Assembly (NCBI RefSeq): GCF_006345805.1 | Contig: NC_043008.1 | Location: 1,798,001-1,862,000, forward strand | DNA length: 64,000 nt | From: Octopus sinensis | Lineage: Eukaryota | Direction of reading: 5' to 3' | Shown: piece by piece, positions 28,021 to 41,700 of the stretch | Layout: the number at the start of each line of letters is the position of its first letter | Position numbering within the stretch: the first letter of the stretch is position 1 | Made by a program: the position numbers and the translations under genes | The notes under the pieces: generated by a model | Database searches by the model: none | Told to the model about the DNA's origin: nothing | Seen by the model: only the letters and a program-made list of their open reading frames with translations

Positions 28021-28690
28021 TTGATGGTAAACAGGTGTAGTCAACGTTCGCAAGATTCATTTGTTTTTGACTACAGCCCGCTCTTCGATGCAGCTCTAGC
28101 TTTGAAACAAATGTAAACCGGCAGGGCACTTGGTATCTAGTATCTAGAAGGAGTATATTCCTTTTCTCGGCCAAATGCTTTGAGGGTACGATACACATGT
28201 TGAACGCAGCTGTTATGCAGATCTGTCCTACATATGTCAACAACAGTTCGAACAATGCCCGGATACTGTATGAGTGCGGCGAGAATAGTTTCATCGTCCT
28301 GCACAAATCTCAGATACCTGTCTGACAGCAGCACTCCCAGGCCTGCAGATCTACTCTGAATCTGGCAGAGGAATCCTTTAACACTGCCCTGCCAAGGATT
28401 TCTGGAAACTGTCCGTATGCCCAGACTCTAAAGTCCTTCGGAAAGGGCCAGCTAATGGAACGATCCAGACGCCATGAGTTTTCTCGAAAATATCACTCTT
28501 GCCCGCTACTTATTTCTAATACAACGCCAGTGTGAATATTCCAGTTGAGCCCTGTGACCGCTTGCCGACACGGCAGGTGCCAAGCGCCCGTTCTTGGTCT
28601 ACGCTTAATACAGAACTGCAACTCAAGTCGAAATGCGCAAAATCTTATGAAACAAACGCCGGCCAAAACTGCACACTGCTTAGGAAACAC
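28020..28690 (-). mobile_element. Tx1/L1-clade LINE C-terminal (zinc-finger) remnant, opposite orientation
   Basis: IKRRPRTGAWHLPCRQA, FQKSLAGQC and VQDDETILAALIQYP (decayed CxxCxxxxETxxHxxxxC). Confidence 0.7.
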
Positions 28691-31600
28691 TACAGAAATA
28701 ATATTTTCTGCGCATGCTTGTATTTATGTATGTATGTATGTATGTATATATGTATATATGTATGTATGTATATATGTTTGTATGCATGCATGTATGTATG
28801 CATGCATATGTGTATGTGTGCATATATGTATGTATGCATGTATGTTTGTATGTATGTAATGTATGTAATGTATGTATGTATGTATTCACCAGCACATATT
28901 TATATCTCTCACTGAAAACAATCTTTCAGTTAGTAGCTAAATTGCATTTATGTGGAGCATCGATTACCATGAAATGTTAATCTGATATTTGCAATGCAAA
29001 TCCGCAATATATATATATATTTTTATGTGCAATCTGGAGCTGTGAGGTTTGGGTTTGAGAATAGTAGTATTTTATAAGCAATAGTATACATTACATTATT
29101 ACAACTGATAATAAAATAAATATAAATATTTGCTTCTGTTCTCATATATTGAAGACCTATTTATGAAAATCTTACAAGTATTACAGTTACCTTCCAACAT
29201 CAACAATTCTGTAACGTTTTTTTAGCCCAAGGTTTATACCGGTTTGAAATCCAATGGCACGTATTAGAGCAGTAGAATCTATTCGCCATCATTATACATT
29301 TACTTCTTCATTACAGGCAGATGTACCTGCTATTATAGAAGTTTCTACTAACAAGAGAATACTCCATAATTGCGTGTGATTAGTGCGATGTATGTTTTGT
29401 GAATAAAAGAAAATATTGTAATATTCTCCATGGATTATGTTGGCAAAACGCTGCACGTTTCAATGCTCAGAAATCCCACGCTTTGTATGTCTTGAAGTAT
29501 CGGTCCTGCAGCTCACATCTGGTAACTAATCAACTTCTCATCTATTGATAATGCGACAAATACACAGAATATTACAACAACTATGTTATCCAAATGTTCA
29601 TGGGTATAGATTGACTATCCAATTTCATTCCCATGCCAGAACTTAATGCTAATACAATATACTCAGCTTCTAAATTGCATTGTTTATTTCGATTCAACAC
29701 AAACTGAAACAAATAGTATCCGCAACATTTCTATATTTTGCGGTATTTCTTGAATTAAAATTGCATTATTAAATTTGTATTCCATTTCTACTTTTCTTCA
29801 AGCCCGTGATCAGCTAATTGCGGACCACAAACCCTGATGGATTCCAGCGGTCCCCCAAATCATATAATTACCACGTTACTAAACGTAATCATGTTGAATG
29901 TAGAGTAACAACTCTTGCATCATTGCGTTTAATATTTTCATTTATATTTCTACGCATGTCACAAATTACCTATGCCGATTGGTTAACTCTGGTTAGCACT
30001 GACCAAAGATAACTAAAATCATTCCCACAGCCACCATATGGTCTTATTTACGATTATAGAAGATTGCTCTTTTGTAATATTGCCCTGTCATTACTTAAGA
30101 CTTGTGGATGTGATTTCAGAGAGATATGGTTGTCTAACTTAACAGATTCACTGAATGTTTAAAGGCTCGCAAGGTTTTTCGATTTTGGTTCTAATGTCAT
30201 GGCTCTTTCTTTCATAAATATGTTTACTGTGGGCTTGCTGTGCTTGCGTGAATAAGATATATATCAGATCAAGGGGATGTTTTTGGCGTACATATATAGT
30301 CTCAAAAGATAGTGAATTACATGTACCTAACGACACACTTGAATATTTTAGCTATGCATATTAACTGCAGAATCATGGAGGCCCTACTTATCAACAAACT
30401 GAGAGTAGTTATAAATATCAGAAAAGAGATACTTGACGCAGACAGATTACTCTAAGAACACCAGTGTGAGCTATAAACTTTACCATTCCTTGCTTCACCA
30501 CATGCCTTCAAGAAAGAGCTATAACCTCGAAATGTAGGAATATAAAGAAAAAAATCCAACTTTGTCTTCTTTTCTTTTTGTTTGCTTTACATCTTATTTT
30601 CTATTGCTCAACCTCAACCAAAAGAATACGTTTAATACAGTATCAGACAATACTTCACATCAACTACTTCTCCATTTTAATTAAATATATATTTGTTTTA
30701 GATCAATAATATGCAGTAATATATCTCACATTTGTGAGGTGTATTTTGAACTCTGAGTGAACTACATTAATTTACAGCGCCCAATTACACAAAGGGAAAC
30801 TCATCAAATGTCGAATTTATTGTTTTGGTCGAAATATATATAGTACGGAATTTATATACCATATTTTTATAGGTATTCCCGTATCGCATACGACTTATTG
30901 CTAATCAATCTCCTTGGTTATTTTATTCATGTCAATTTCCTAAAATGTCTGTCATATCTATCTAAAAGATCATTTCGAAAATGTAACAATAAGAAAAATA
31001 TAATGCCTATAAATAAATATCTATTTTAACGTTGGTGTGGGAAAATCAAATAATCGATGGATTTATGAAGTTGTGTATGTTTATTACTGGGTTTCGATGG
31101 CGGACAATAAGGCTTTCATTCACCGGCTTCCTGAAATTAAAACTAAATATTTAGCATTTCCTATTATTGTCTATCTCCTTCGAAATAAACATACATTATA
31201 TAAATGTGTAACAGCTTTCCTGATTTTCGTATTTATGATTCTATATTTGCATGTTTTAACTAATTTCAGGTCTTCTCGTATAAGACATTTATATACATAT
31301 ATATATATATTGTTCAAGCAGAGAAATACAAACTTTAGCAAATAAATAAATACGTATTTGAAACATTATTAGAAAAATACTTGGATTGGCGAGATAGAAA
31401 TGTTAAGGTTCCAATAACTTTAGAATGTATAGGGGGAATCCGAAGTTATAAGATTGAATATTTCATTCAATCTATTTATTTATGGGTGAAATCAAGATAT
31501 AAAAAAAAGTAACAGAAAACAAAAAGAAGATAGTGACTACACTTAAGACAGGGCAGCATAAACATATGAATCATAGTTAAACAAATAGAAACCTGAAAAT

Positions 31601-32858
31601 GAGTGAGGCGGTACAAGTGAACGAACATTATGGACTGAGGTGTAGGTTATCAAAATTTAAAAAAAAACTTTTCTCAAAAAATACAAAAAAGAGGAACCAA
31701 ATAATAAGAATAAAATATTAAAGTATTTACACTAAACATAATACTGTTAATATACACAATAATTATTGATCGATATCGTATTATTTCTAATCATGTGCTG
31801 TTTCCAATCATATACGTATCAAGAAATGGTGGTTGACTTTTATTATCAAGGACGCGTCGAATGAACAATATTGTTGGGTCGTAGGAAAAATGACTACTTA
31901 TATTTCTTCCGATTCCTATACGGCCTACCTTCAAATTCCGTCGAGGAAGTGTTTGCTTTCACTTTTTCGATGATGACAAAGTAATACCTGGGCTGTGGTG
32001 TCGATATAATAAACTACTACCTACTCGAAAGGTGTCATAATTTGAAACCATTAAAGGTTGCGAGTTGGCCCAATATATTTTACGCACCGAACATCACGCC
32101 CAGGAGTAGTTATGGCAGTTCTTAAAAATCTGAGCTAAATTGTGGCAAAGGGGAACGTTACGTTTCACCTTCCTGAGATCAATAAAATTAAGTACTAGTC
32201 AAGTACGGCGGACAGTCAAACCAATCACCAAATCCGACCAAATTCCATGCTCTTCAAAAGTGAGTATGACAATCGGCGAATCTATCTGCTTACCTTGAAT
32301 AATACACCAAAGCATCTCGCAGCCTGATTGCATGTTTATGCATCATTAGCCACAGCATTATCAGAAACAGCCCAACGCCTCCTTACAACAAAGTGAGCCG
32401 ATAGCAATCGGAACCCATTCCTTCTACAGAAAGAGTAACAAGCGCAGTTCTCTTCTCAACTTTGCAGCAGTGCAATTCACAGCAGACAGATGATGGTAGG
32501 CAATGGATACAACCTGGGCATTTGCCAACGTCTCCCAAAATTCAGTGATTGGTTTATCATTGTACATAACCCTACTAGCTTAACGCTTCTTCGGATTCAA
32601 AGAACTGCTGTGAATTATGCTTCGTATGCTGTGTTTTGTATTTTAAAGTAAAGATCATAGACTGTGATATCGTTTGAACAAACTGGATTTCGAATATCAT
32701 GGAAGAGATCTCTAGGTGAACCTGACGGATATGACGGAACAGGAACGCCTCCATCTTCTAGCCAGTCTTCATTGATATATGCTGGAGTGGAAGATCGTAG
32801 TTAGGTAAGACATGGTGAATATAAGATAGACGTATTTATCTAACACCAAATGAATGCC

Positions 32859-32898
<40 letters not shown>

Positions 32899-33324
32899 AG
32901 CTGTACGTTATATAACATTTATTAAAATGAGCAAATTCGTTTGGTGACAATTGTTTATAATAGATATTAAGTGGTCATTGACTTGCAATACACCAATGTT
33001 CTCTTTTTATTAGAATATTTGATGTACATATTTCTGTCTGCATTAAGTTTTAATATTTGTTACGTTGTTATATCGTAGCTAAGTCAACACATAATTTAGA
33101 ATTTGCTGGTGATATCCCCAGTGGCATTTATACAATTTTAGTATTACCACTTTTAGTATTACTGTTTTATATATTTCCCATTCTTAAAATCACTGAATGG
33201 ATATAATTGTAGCCTATATATGCATTCTTTCATGAATTCCTATTATATTTTATCAATGTTCAGTATTCTTGAATCTTCATATATCTTTTGAACTAGCACA
33301 ATGGATTTCTAATCAACATTAGTG

Positions 33325-33383
<59 letters not shown>

Positions 33384-33984
33384 TCTGTTTCTCTAGAGCA
33401 TCTTGTTCATTTGCTTTATACGGATACTAAGGTGAAAAACTTGTAAAGAAAATCTCTTCAGTTTCAAAATAATTTTCTTTCATCAGTAACGCGCTGAAAT
33501 TAAGTCAGTGAATGTACTGTGTTCCATGCTGCATCGATCATTGGGTTTATCTTCAGAGCATGTTTTATTTATTTATTTTTTTTTGCTTTTTGTATTACAT
33601 TTGTAGAAAATTTCAAACTGCAATCCAATTTTGTAGATAATATATATTTCTTTCTTTTCTGTAAAGAAATGTTTCCTTTTCTGAACATATAACACGGTCA
33701 AAATCATAAGGGAGTTTCTTGAGAGAAAAATCAATATGCATATTTCAGAAGTATATATATAACCAAAAGATGTTGGAGTTATAATACTCAATGTCTGTCA
33801 ATCTACGTAGCCATTGAACGTTTTCACAAAATCAACTTAAGTAATTATACATTGCACCAGATACAGGTCGGTCAGAATCCATAATACAGAGTGAGGCTGT
33901 CAATTTAATTGTAGTATTTATTTCGGAGATTTCCGTAACACAGCTTACGGAATGTAAAACAATATGGTGTATATGTGTGTCAAA

Positions 33985-34135
33985 GTAGCTAAAGCGGTAA
34001 GCTGGTAGAGTCGTTACCGCACTCGACAAAATACTTATCGTAATTTATACAGGATCATTAAATTCTCGGTTCCAATCATGCCGAGGTCGACTTTACCATT
34101 CATTCTCTCAAGATCGATAAATTGAGTTCCAGCTG
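33985..34135 (+). mobile_element. Octopus-type tRNA-derived SINE (diverged)
   Basis: aaagcggtaagctggtagagtcgtta...gccgaggtcgactttaccattcatt...tcgataaatt. Confidence 0.7.
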
Positions 34136-34144
34136 TGTGTTGTG

Positions 34145-34257
<113 letters not shown>

Positions 34258-34673
34258 ATATATATATATTTATAAATCTCTCTCTCTCTCTCACTCCCCA
34301 CAAACACACACAAATACAAACACAAACACAAACATATCTACACAAATATATAAAAGTGTTCCGTTAGGATCCTTCGTGATTGTGCATCTATAGGAATTTG
34401 AAATATCAGTCGCTGGACTCCAAACATTAATAAGTGTGAAACGTACGTGGGAGTTCAATACAAACTTATGTTTTTCCTTATACTGCCTTTGATTGTTGTC
34501 TCATAACCTGTAATATTACTCACTATAGTAGTTACTTAGGAGTAATACAGAATGCAGATTGGATTGAGAAAACAAAATCTATCTGGAGATCTAAATATAG
34601 CTGCAGCAGCTATAGAACTACTTGTATACAATATTATCATATATGATAATAATAATAATAATAATAATAATAA

Positions 34674-34709
<36 letters not shown>

Positions 34710-35489
34710 CCTACGATGGAAATTATAAACACGTAATGCATCGCTACGAGCGTTTCCACATATGACATAACATTCAAGATCACAATCCCTATTGCTAGCA
34801 TGATTACGGTGTAGTCCGTGGTACCGTTGGACATAAGCTTGATCATCTTAACTGATTCATTTTTTTTCAGGCGGTATAACATTAATTGAGGAACAGAGGG
34901 ATGTTTTTTATCTCAATAACATACGAACGAAATATCATACATGGAGTCTGAAATAAAATTGAAACGAAAGAACGAACCCAAGCAAAATAATTAACCAACC
35001 AATATTTGTGATGCTAAACCTTATGCCAGCAGAAACAAGGACGAGGTCAACATAAAAAAAACTAGCATTTCTCAATTCGTTCGACTCTTTCCCCCCAGCG
35101 AAACTTAACCACCTGTTGAGTTTAGAATTTATTGCCTGAAATGAAGTCAAACAAAAGAATGTAGTACCGATCCTTAACACCTGGTGAATAACTAGCAAAA
35201 GAGGGGTCTAATATTAAAATTCGTTAAATTAATTAATGCCAGATACTCTCCCCAGCACCTATTTTACTGGACCATATATCCAGCCTTATCTACATAAAAG
35301 AAAATATCCCAGAATCCCTGTGCTAGAGGAATAATAAAGCAATTCTTGTTGGCATTTGGTATTTATATCTAGCGTTTTGGAGCGGTTAATATATATATAT
35401 ATATATTTACATACATACAAGTTGAATCAATTTACAGAATGAAACGTCTTGCTATATAATCTTTTGCATTCTAGGCATATGGCCCGAAA

Positions 35490-35677
35490 TTTTGAAAGGG
35501 AGGTCGTCCGTCGATTAGATGTTCCCCAGTACGAAACTGGTACTTAATTTATCGGCCCCAAATGGATGAAAGGCAAAAATGACCTGGGCGGAATGTGAAC
35601 TCAGAACGCAAGGACAGAAGAATTACGGCTAAGCATTTTGCCTGGCCTGCTAACGTTTCTGCCAGCTCGCCGCCTAA
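35490..35677 (-). mobile_element. Octopus-type tRNA-derived SINE
   Basis: ggatgaaaggcaaaaatgacctgggcggaatgtgaactcagaac...ctgccagctcgccgcct is the reverse complement of the 25430 family, including the head. Confidence 0.8.
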
Positions 35678-36844
35678 GTGCACATGGTGTCTGTGTCTGT
35701 GCGTGAATGTTGACAAGTGGGAGAGGATGTGTGTGAGAGAGAGAGAGAGAGTGAGATTGACAGAGAAGAGAAAAACGTACATTGATGTTACAAAGAATCA
35801 CTGAAATTAGTCGAAGTACATGGAAATTAATGTATGTATACAAATAACATAGAATGCTATTTGTATATTATACGCTTAACTTTTCCTATACGTACTTTGA
35901 TAAAAACGAAAGCTATAAATGTCTTAATCTTAATATCTATTTAAACGTAGAGCATTATTAATATACGTAAATGAATATATTGCAAATGGTTTTCTAAAAT
36001 ATTGCAAATTGTTAGGTTGTAAAATTATTAATTAGTGATTCTCTAAAGCTAATAAGCTTTAAGTTACAACGAAAATCAAACGTATACTAATAGTAAATGC
36101 ATTTAAGAGAAATATTTAAACGAAGTTCATTTGATGAAATTATCGCTCACAATTTATAGATATATGTTCAAAGTCCTTTCCTCATCACACTGAAAATAAC
36201 ATATTAATTGTATATAATATTGGCTTCCTGGTCGTCATCGTATTAATATAATAGATGTTCAAAGAATTTCCATTATAAACTACAGATGAGAGAATTATGT
36301 GTTTGATATGCAATGAACTCTATCAAAATTTGTAACAATTTCCTGGCTTTAAATTACTCTCTTGGGTTGTCCAGATATTACATATATTGGTGCAATTCAT
36401 TTTACACTTCAAATATTTATAATTAGTCTGTGTGCGTAACTAAAATTTATTATTAATTTTAACTTAATAAAAAAGATAATACATCTACTAGTCGAAATGC
36501 TGCGCATGGGGAAAATATACTGATGCTAAAATCTTATTTTACGTTCATGTATTATGTTAAACTTTACAGAAATTGCCTTAATCAAGAATGGAAATAATTA
36601 AGTGGCAATAATTCTTAAAAGAGAGTCTATTAATTAAAAGATAATATATTCATTTTATATACATGCGATAGACAATAAACCTCCCAGTTTAATAAACGAA
36701 AATACTTTCACAGCCATGCTAAAATTAGTGAGAATAATTGATGCTTTCCATCTTTAACGTTTAAAATTACACGTAGACCAAAATCCCACATTCACTGGAA
36801 AGCAAATATCTTTCAAATCATATTTTATGCAAAGATATAGTGCT

Positions 36845-37060
36845 GCGGACATAGACATCATCATCAATTTGTTCGACCGTGGTCGTAAAAATGGAATATA
36901 CTACTTTACGCCTGACTTCACGGTCCATCATAGTATTACGGAGGTCCTGTTGCTAGATGCCTATATCCATGATTACATCCCGAGCAGATGGCTTCAAGAG
37001 GAGAAGTGTAGAAAATACCTCGTTTTTACTGTTTCAGTGGGGTAGAAATGACTCCTTAGC
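36845..37060 (-). mobile_element. RTE-clade LINE 3' end remnant
   Basis: Minus strand QDLRNTMMDREVRRKVVYSIFTTTVEQ followed by a (GAT)n tail resembles RTE-type C-termini as I recall them. Confidence 0.45.
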
Positions 37061-37104
37061 CGTAGTGAAGGACATAGACAACACAGACGATTACATACCA
37101 ACAA

Positions 37105-37400
37105 CAGTAAAGGTAAAGACCCCCTTCGGTCATGAATGACCATGGGATTGCACCTAGAAAGTTACCCTCCTAGACACAAGTCCGGGCAAGGTTGTTTATG
37201 GAAGACCAGCAGTTGCCCATGCATACCAGCCTTCCCTCTCCACGCCACCAGTGTTATCCAAGGGAAATACAAAGGCCGATACAGCTTGGCACCTGTGACG
37301 TCGCAACTCATTTCTACAGTTGAGTGAACTAGAGCAACGTGAAATAAAGTGCCTTGCTCAAGAACACAACACGCAGCCCGGTCCGAGATTCGAGCTCCAT
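37105..37400 (-). mobile_element. tRNA-derived SINE (second family) with long tail
   Basis: gaaataaagtgccttgctcaagaacacaacacgcagcccggtccgagattcga is the reverse complement of head plus core; the tail is ggtaaagacccccttcggtcatgaatgaccatggg. Confidence 0.75.
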
Positions 37401-37695
37401 AACAAACGCTGGAAAATTCGATACATTTCTTATTTCCATATTTTATTACAGGATAAGGATTAAAATGTATATGTATGTGTAAAGCATATGGGTTCTCCTG
37501 TTCCTAATTCATGCGACATACATGTAAAAATAATACAAGATTATGCCGGATGTCAGCGCAATTTATATTTTAGGTATTAATCAGGGGTATCTTGAGAGAG
37601 AGTGTTATAAAAATATAGAGAAGGGAAACATTTACGTATCTATCAATCGATCTATATATTTATCTTTCTCTATCAATGTCCCGCTTCTTCTCTGC

Positions 37696-37741
<46 letters not shown>

Positions 37742-37909
37742 GCATAGATACAAACATATACATACATACATATATATTGTTTTTTCCTTTGTTCTTTTAC
37801 TTGTTTCAGTCATTTGAACACGCCCATATTGGTCCACCACATTTAATCGAACAAATCCACCCTGGAAAGAAGAAGGAGAAAAAGAAGAAGAAATAAAATT
37901 TACATATAA

Positions 37910-38045
37910 GAAATAAGGGGTGCAATAATGTTGGAGCACTTGCAGAAAACTGGTCCTCGAGAAATAAGAGGCTTTACCTTAGTTCACTGGTAGTGAACAG
38001 CTGACAACAAAGTACGTTTCCAGTGTCGGAACCTGTGCAAATAAA
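37910..38045 (+). mobile_element. R4/Dong-type LINE extreme 3' fragment
   Basis: ggagcacttgcagaaaac...ttaccttagttcactggtagtgaaca is shared with the 3' ends at 17361-17470 (reverse complement) and 23940-24050. Confidence 0.7.
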
Positions 38046-38578
38046 ATAAAATTATTTATCTTCTGCTATTGCTAAATAGTTCGATCTATGTATGTATGTA
38101 TGTATGTATGTATGTATGTATGTATGTATGTATGTATGTATGTATGTATTTATCTATCTATCTATCTATCTAGCTATCTGTACATACGTCCTGTAGAGTT
38201 AACGCTGAAAAATAAGCATAAATCTTAAAAGAAACGCATATTGTAGATTAAGTATCAGAATCACTAATTATGTTTGCTTCCATGCAAGGTTAATTAATTA
38301 ATGGGAGTGATAATATGAAAATCTGCGTATCGTATCTGAAAAATTTGAAAATTGTAAACCCCTACCAAGAAAGATAGACACGCTACGAAGATACTACATG
38401 TGAAGAATAGGATTATTGATATTAGCTTATTGACTCATATTTATAATTCATGCACACCTTATCATCACCGATTCGATAGGCATACACTTTTGTTTTGATG
38501 CTTTGAAGATCTGTTTTATACTATCTTATCTTTCTAAATAAAATGCAACGATATTAAAAGTGAAATAGAATGTCTTAC

Positions 38579-38733
38579 TTTTTACAATGCCTGCATTGCT
38601 TTTGTTGGAAGATGAAAAAGCTTTCCATCGATACCAATCAACATTTGTACTTGTTTTATCTGAACTTTTGAAATCACAGTCGACTTTGGTGGTATTGAAA
38701 CCCTTACTTTCGCAAATAGATTCCAACTGTTTC
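38579..38733 (-). CDS. Candidate isolated coding exon (unknown gene; Ig-like motif)
   Basis: tatttcAG|...|GTaaga boundaries enclose 155 nt open in one frame: KQLESICESKGFNTTKVDCDFKSSDKTSTNVDWYRWKAFSSSNKSNAGIVK. No partner exons identified. Confidence 0.25.
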
Positions 38734-41700
38734 CTGAAATACTCATTGTGGAATATTTCGATGTACTATCACCCTCTTTCGTCGTTCTGTTCGTATGCCA
38801 TCTCTTATGTCTATGTATCATTACATAAACTATATAAAATTATTAGTCTATGCACGTTGGCAATTATGGAAATAAGTGTACAATAAGTTGTATCTTAGAA
38901 CACTCACGGACATAATGCAGCCGTTTTATAAAAAATATCATTTGCTTATTAATTTCTTTCGCTTGAAACGTAACTTCAGCTAGTAATATATTAAATACAT
39001 TATATACCCTATTTCAAAATAGTACACACAAAAGTAATTCTTACGATGTACTTGTGTACTTTATCATAAACACTTGGAAAATTTCCACTTCCGAAAATGT
39101 CTCTTTGTACTTCGGATTGTAACGAGACTCCTGAACAAATCGAAATTATATTACGTCGTGATTATGCAAATATAATATACTACATTCAACATTCACTGCA
39201 ATACATTTCGAATTATGTTTTAATGAGGAATTAGCGAAACACCAAAACTTTAAGTGGCACATAGAAGCAGGTCAAGCATTATCTATACTTTCCATTATTT
39301 CAGCGTATATCTAACAATTTTCAAGCGATCAGCATCCTCAGACGATAATTTAATTAGAGACTCGCTATACTCACACAAATTTAAAGATATTGAATGTAGA
39401 GTTTTCAATCAGATAGATGGCCGTGAAGAACCCAAAACATTATTTATTGTTCTTATGCCGACTAATATTATGTATACTTGCGCTACATCATACAACATCC
39501 AAGCCAGATATGTAATTTATGAGAGACATTTTAGATTTTGGACATCAATATTAAATGTATTAAGTGGTCTATATAGGACCAGAGTATCCAATACTGTGCA
39601 AATTTCACATGCAAACCATGAGTTTTATAAATATATCTTTATTCAAAATTCTTATATATTAATTCATCTTGGGTGCCGAAACCAAGTCAAACCCAATCTC
39701 GACATGAAAACTAAACATTACAGAAAGGTAGTAAAACACACACAATCACATTCAACATTCATTGGTTTCGGAAGGTAAATGAAATCGATAGAAAAGTTAA
39801 GGAAATATGAAAAAAGGATAATCATTGCAATGTGGACGAAAATACATCTACTAAAACCTACGTTACGTTCAGCTGTAAACGTTGATGCTTTCTGAAAATA
39901 TTGACTCACGAAAAGTATATATTTGGTCAGAGAAATATTGCAATCCATTAAAACTAAAGTAAATTCTCTCCGGCTAGGAAAATATCCATGTTGTTGGTGA
40001 TACATTTCATGATTTTAATTTATTCAGATTCAGAAACCGCTTCATGCATTAGTGAACACTCACCAACGTTGGCTAACATAAAATATTAAAGCTGTAATTG
40101 AGAAAAAAAATACTAACACGAAATATCACGAGGCCTCCATCCGTGTATGAAAATGCTTATATCATGGTTGCTGCTCACAGCTCTGTAAGCACGGCTGATG
40201 TTTTAAGACATGAATGAACAGCTGTACGAAGCTGTGGTTGGTGGGAAAGGACATAACAGGTGTCCTGCCTGTGTCTGTGCAACGGGATAGTCTACTTGCT
40301 GGAGGACGAGACATTTGGAAATCCTCACAAGAGAATCCGAGGTTTGGTGACAAAGGTATTTTTGAAATAATCACCATGAAACTGGCCCTGAATCAGAATC
40401 TTACGAAAGGAACAAGAAACAAATTTTGACAAAATATCTTTGAACAAGCGAAAGATTCTGTTGCATCGAGGATTATCTGGTTCTCTTCAGATCAATAGAT
40501 CCTCATCCAGTTCCGGTTGCACAACCACGAGAATAACAGTTGTCTTGCCTAAAAATGCATGTGATTCCCCTGGTTGATAAGAAATCACGATAAACTTATT
40601 GCTGACATGTTTAAAAGATTTTTGACTGTGATTATGAAGTAATTCCACATACCACGCCGGACATATTATTGTGCAGACAAGTTGATACACAGGCTCCATG
40701 GCCCTTGTTAATTTAACCATGAGTATCCTTCTTCTTAAAGAAGCTAAGACATTGGTATGCAAGTATTCGTAACGTAAAAGAAGGTCAAACGATCGATTCC
40801 TGTATTATGCATATCACAGAGGAAGCAAAATTAATTATCCTCATAAAGCAATAGAATGCGAACTTCAAACGATGTCTTTTATGGTTATTCCAAGCCTAAA
40901 TCCCAGTTTAAACCTGCAGTTCATTGATATATTTCAAGTGCTTCCATTAGTACTACAAAAAAGTTAATACGGTTTCGTTTAACATTTTCAGGTAAGTCGC
41001 AATACCAGCAGTGCGACATATTCTGAGTTTACTACTGTTAATGGCCTTGTATTGTTGTACATTTGGAGTTCCATTTGGTGAAACAGAAATGAAATTAATC
41101 CATAGCACAAAACAACCCAAAGCGAAGGAATGGTCTCTATTCGATCAATTTAAATTCATTGTTTTAATTGTATCGAGATAATTTATTTTTCAGGAATCTT
41201 GTCTTGCATTCCATGCTCGGAATTTATAGTTGACGAAAAGAGATTCTAGAAAAGGCGCTCAACTCACGCTAATCCGACATCAAAACCCAGGAAATGTGAC
41301 GTCATGTCAGAACTGGCCATTGAGTGATAAATAAATGCCTATGTTTCTGGCTTTATGTGTTGCTGTACATACATTTATTTGAGTGTTTGTATTTATTTCT
41401 ATATCAATGTTCCAAACCATTCATTAAATCAATACAAAAATAAATACTTGATTAATGTATTACAAATATTAATATTACTGAGTAATTTATGACCATTTAA
41501 TACTCTCATTTGCATAAGGTGATAAAAAATGATGGCTATAATAATCTGTTACGATTGTGTGTCTATTTGTATTAATTCAATTCAGGATAAATATCAGGAA
41601 ATTATCATAATACACCTTAGTGTGTGAAACCATTCGAAATCGGTTAGATATATAATTATAAATTTATATTGTAAAGAGTTAATAGGTGGAGAGATATTCA

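Noticed and set aside
32040-32820. GC-elevated stretch with fragments resembling an endonuclease (GGVGLFL) or mariner (WLEDGGVPVPSYP)
   Set aside because: The weak similarities conflict and stops are frequent. It is probably an old TE but cannot be assigned.
40160-40780. Several short ORFs on both strands
   Set aside because: Only faint RTE-like fragments (CKHG, DSPG); no gene or confident family call.
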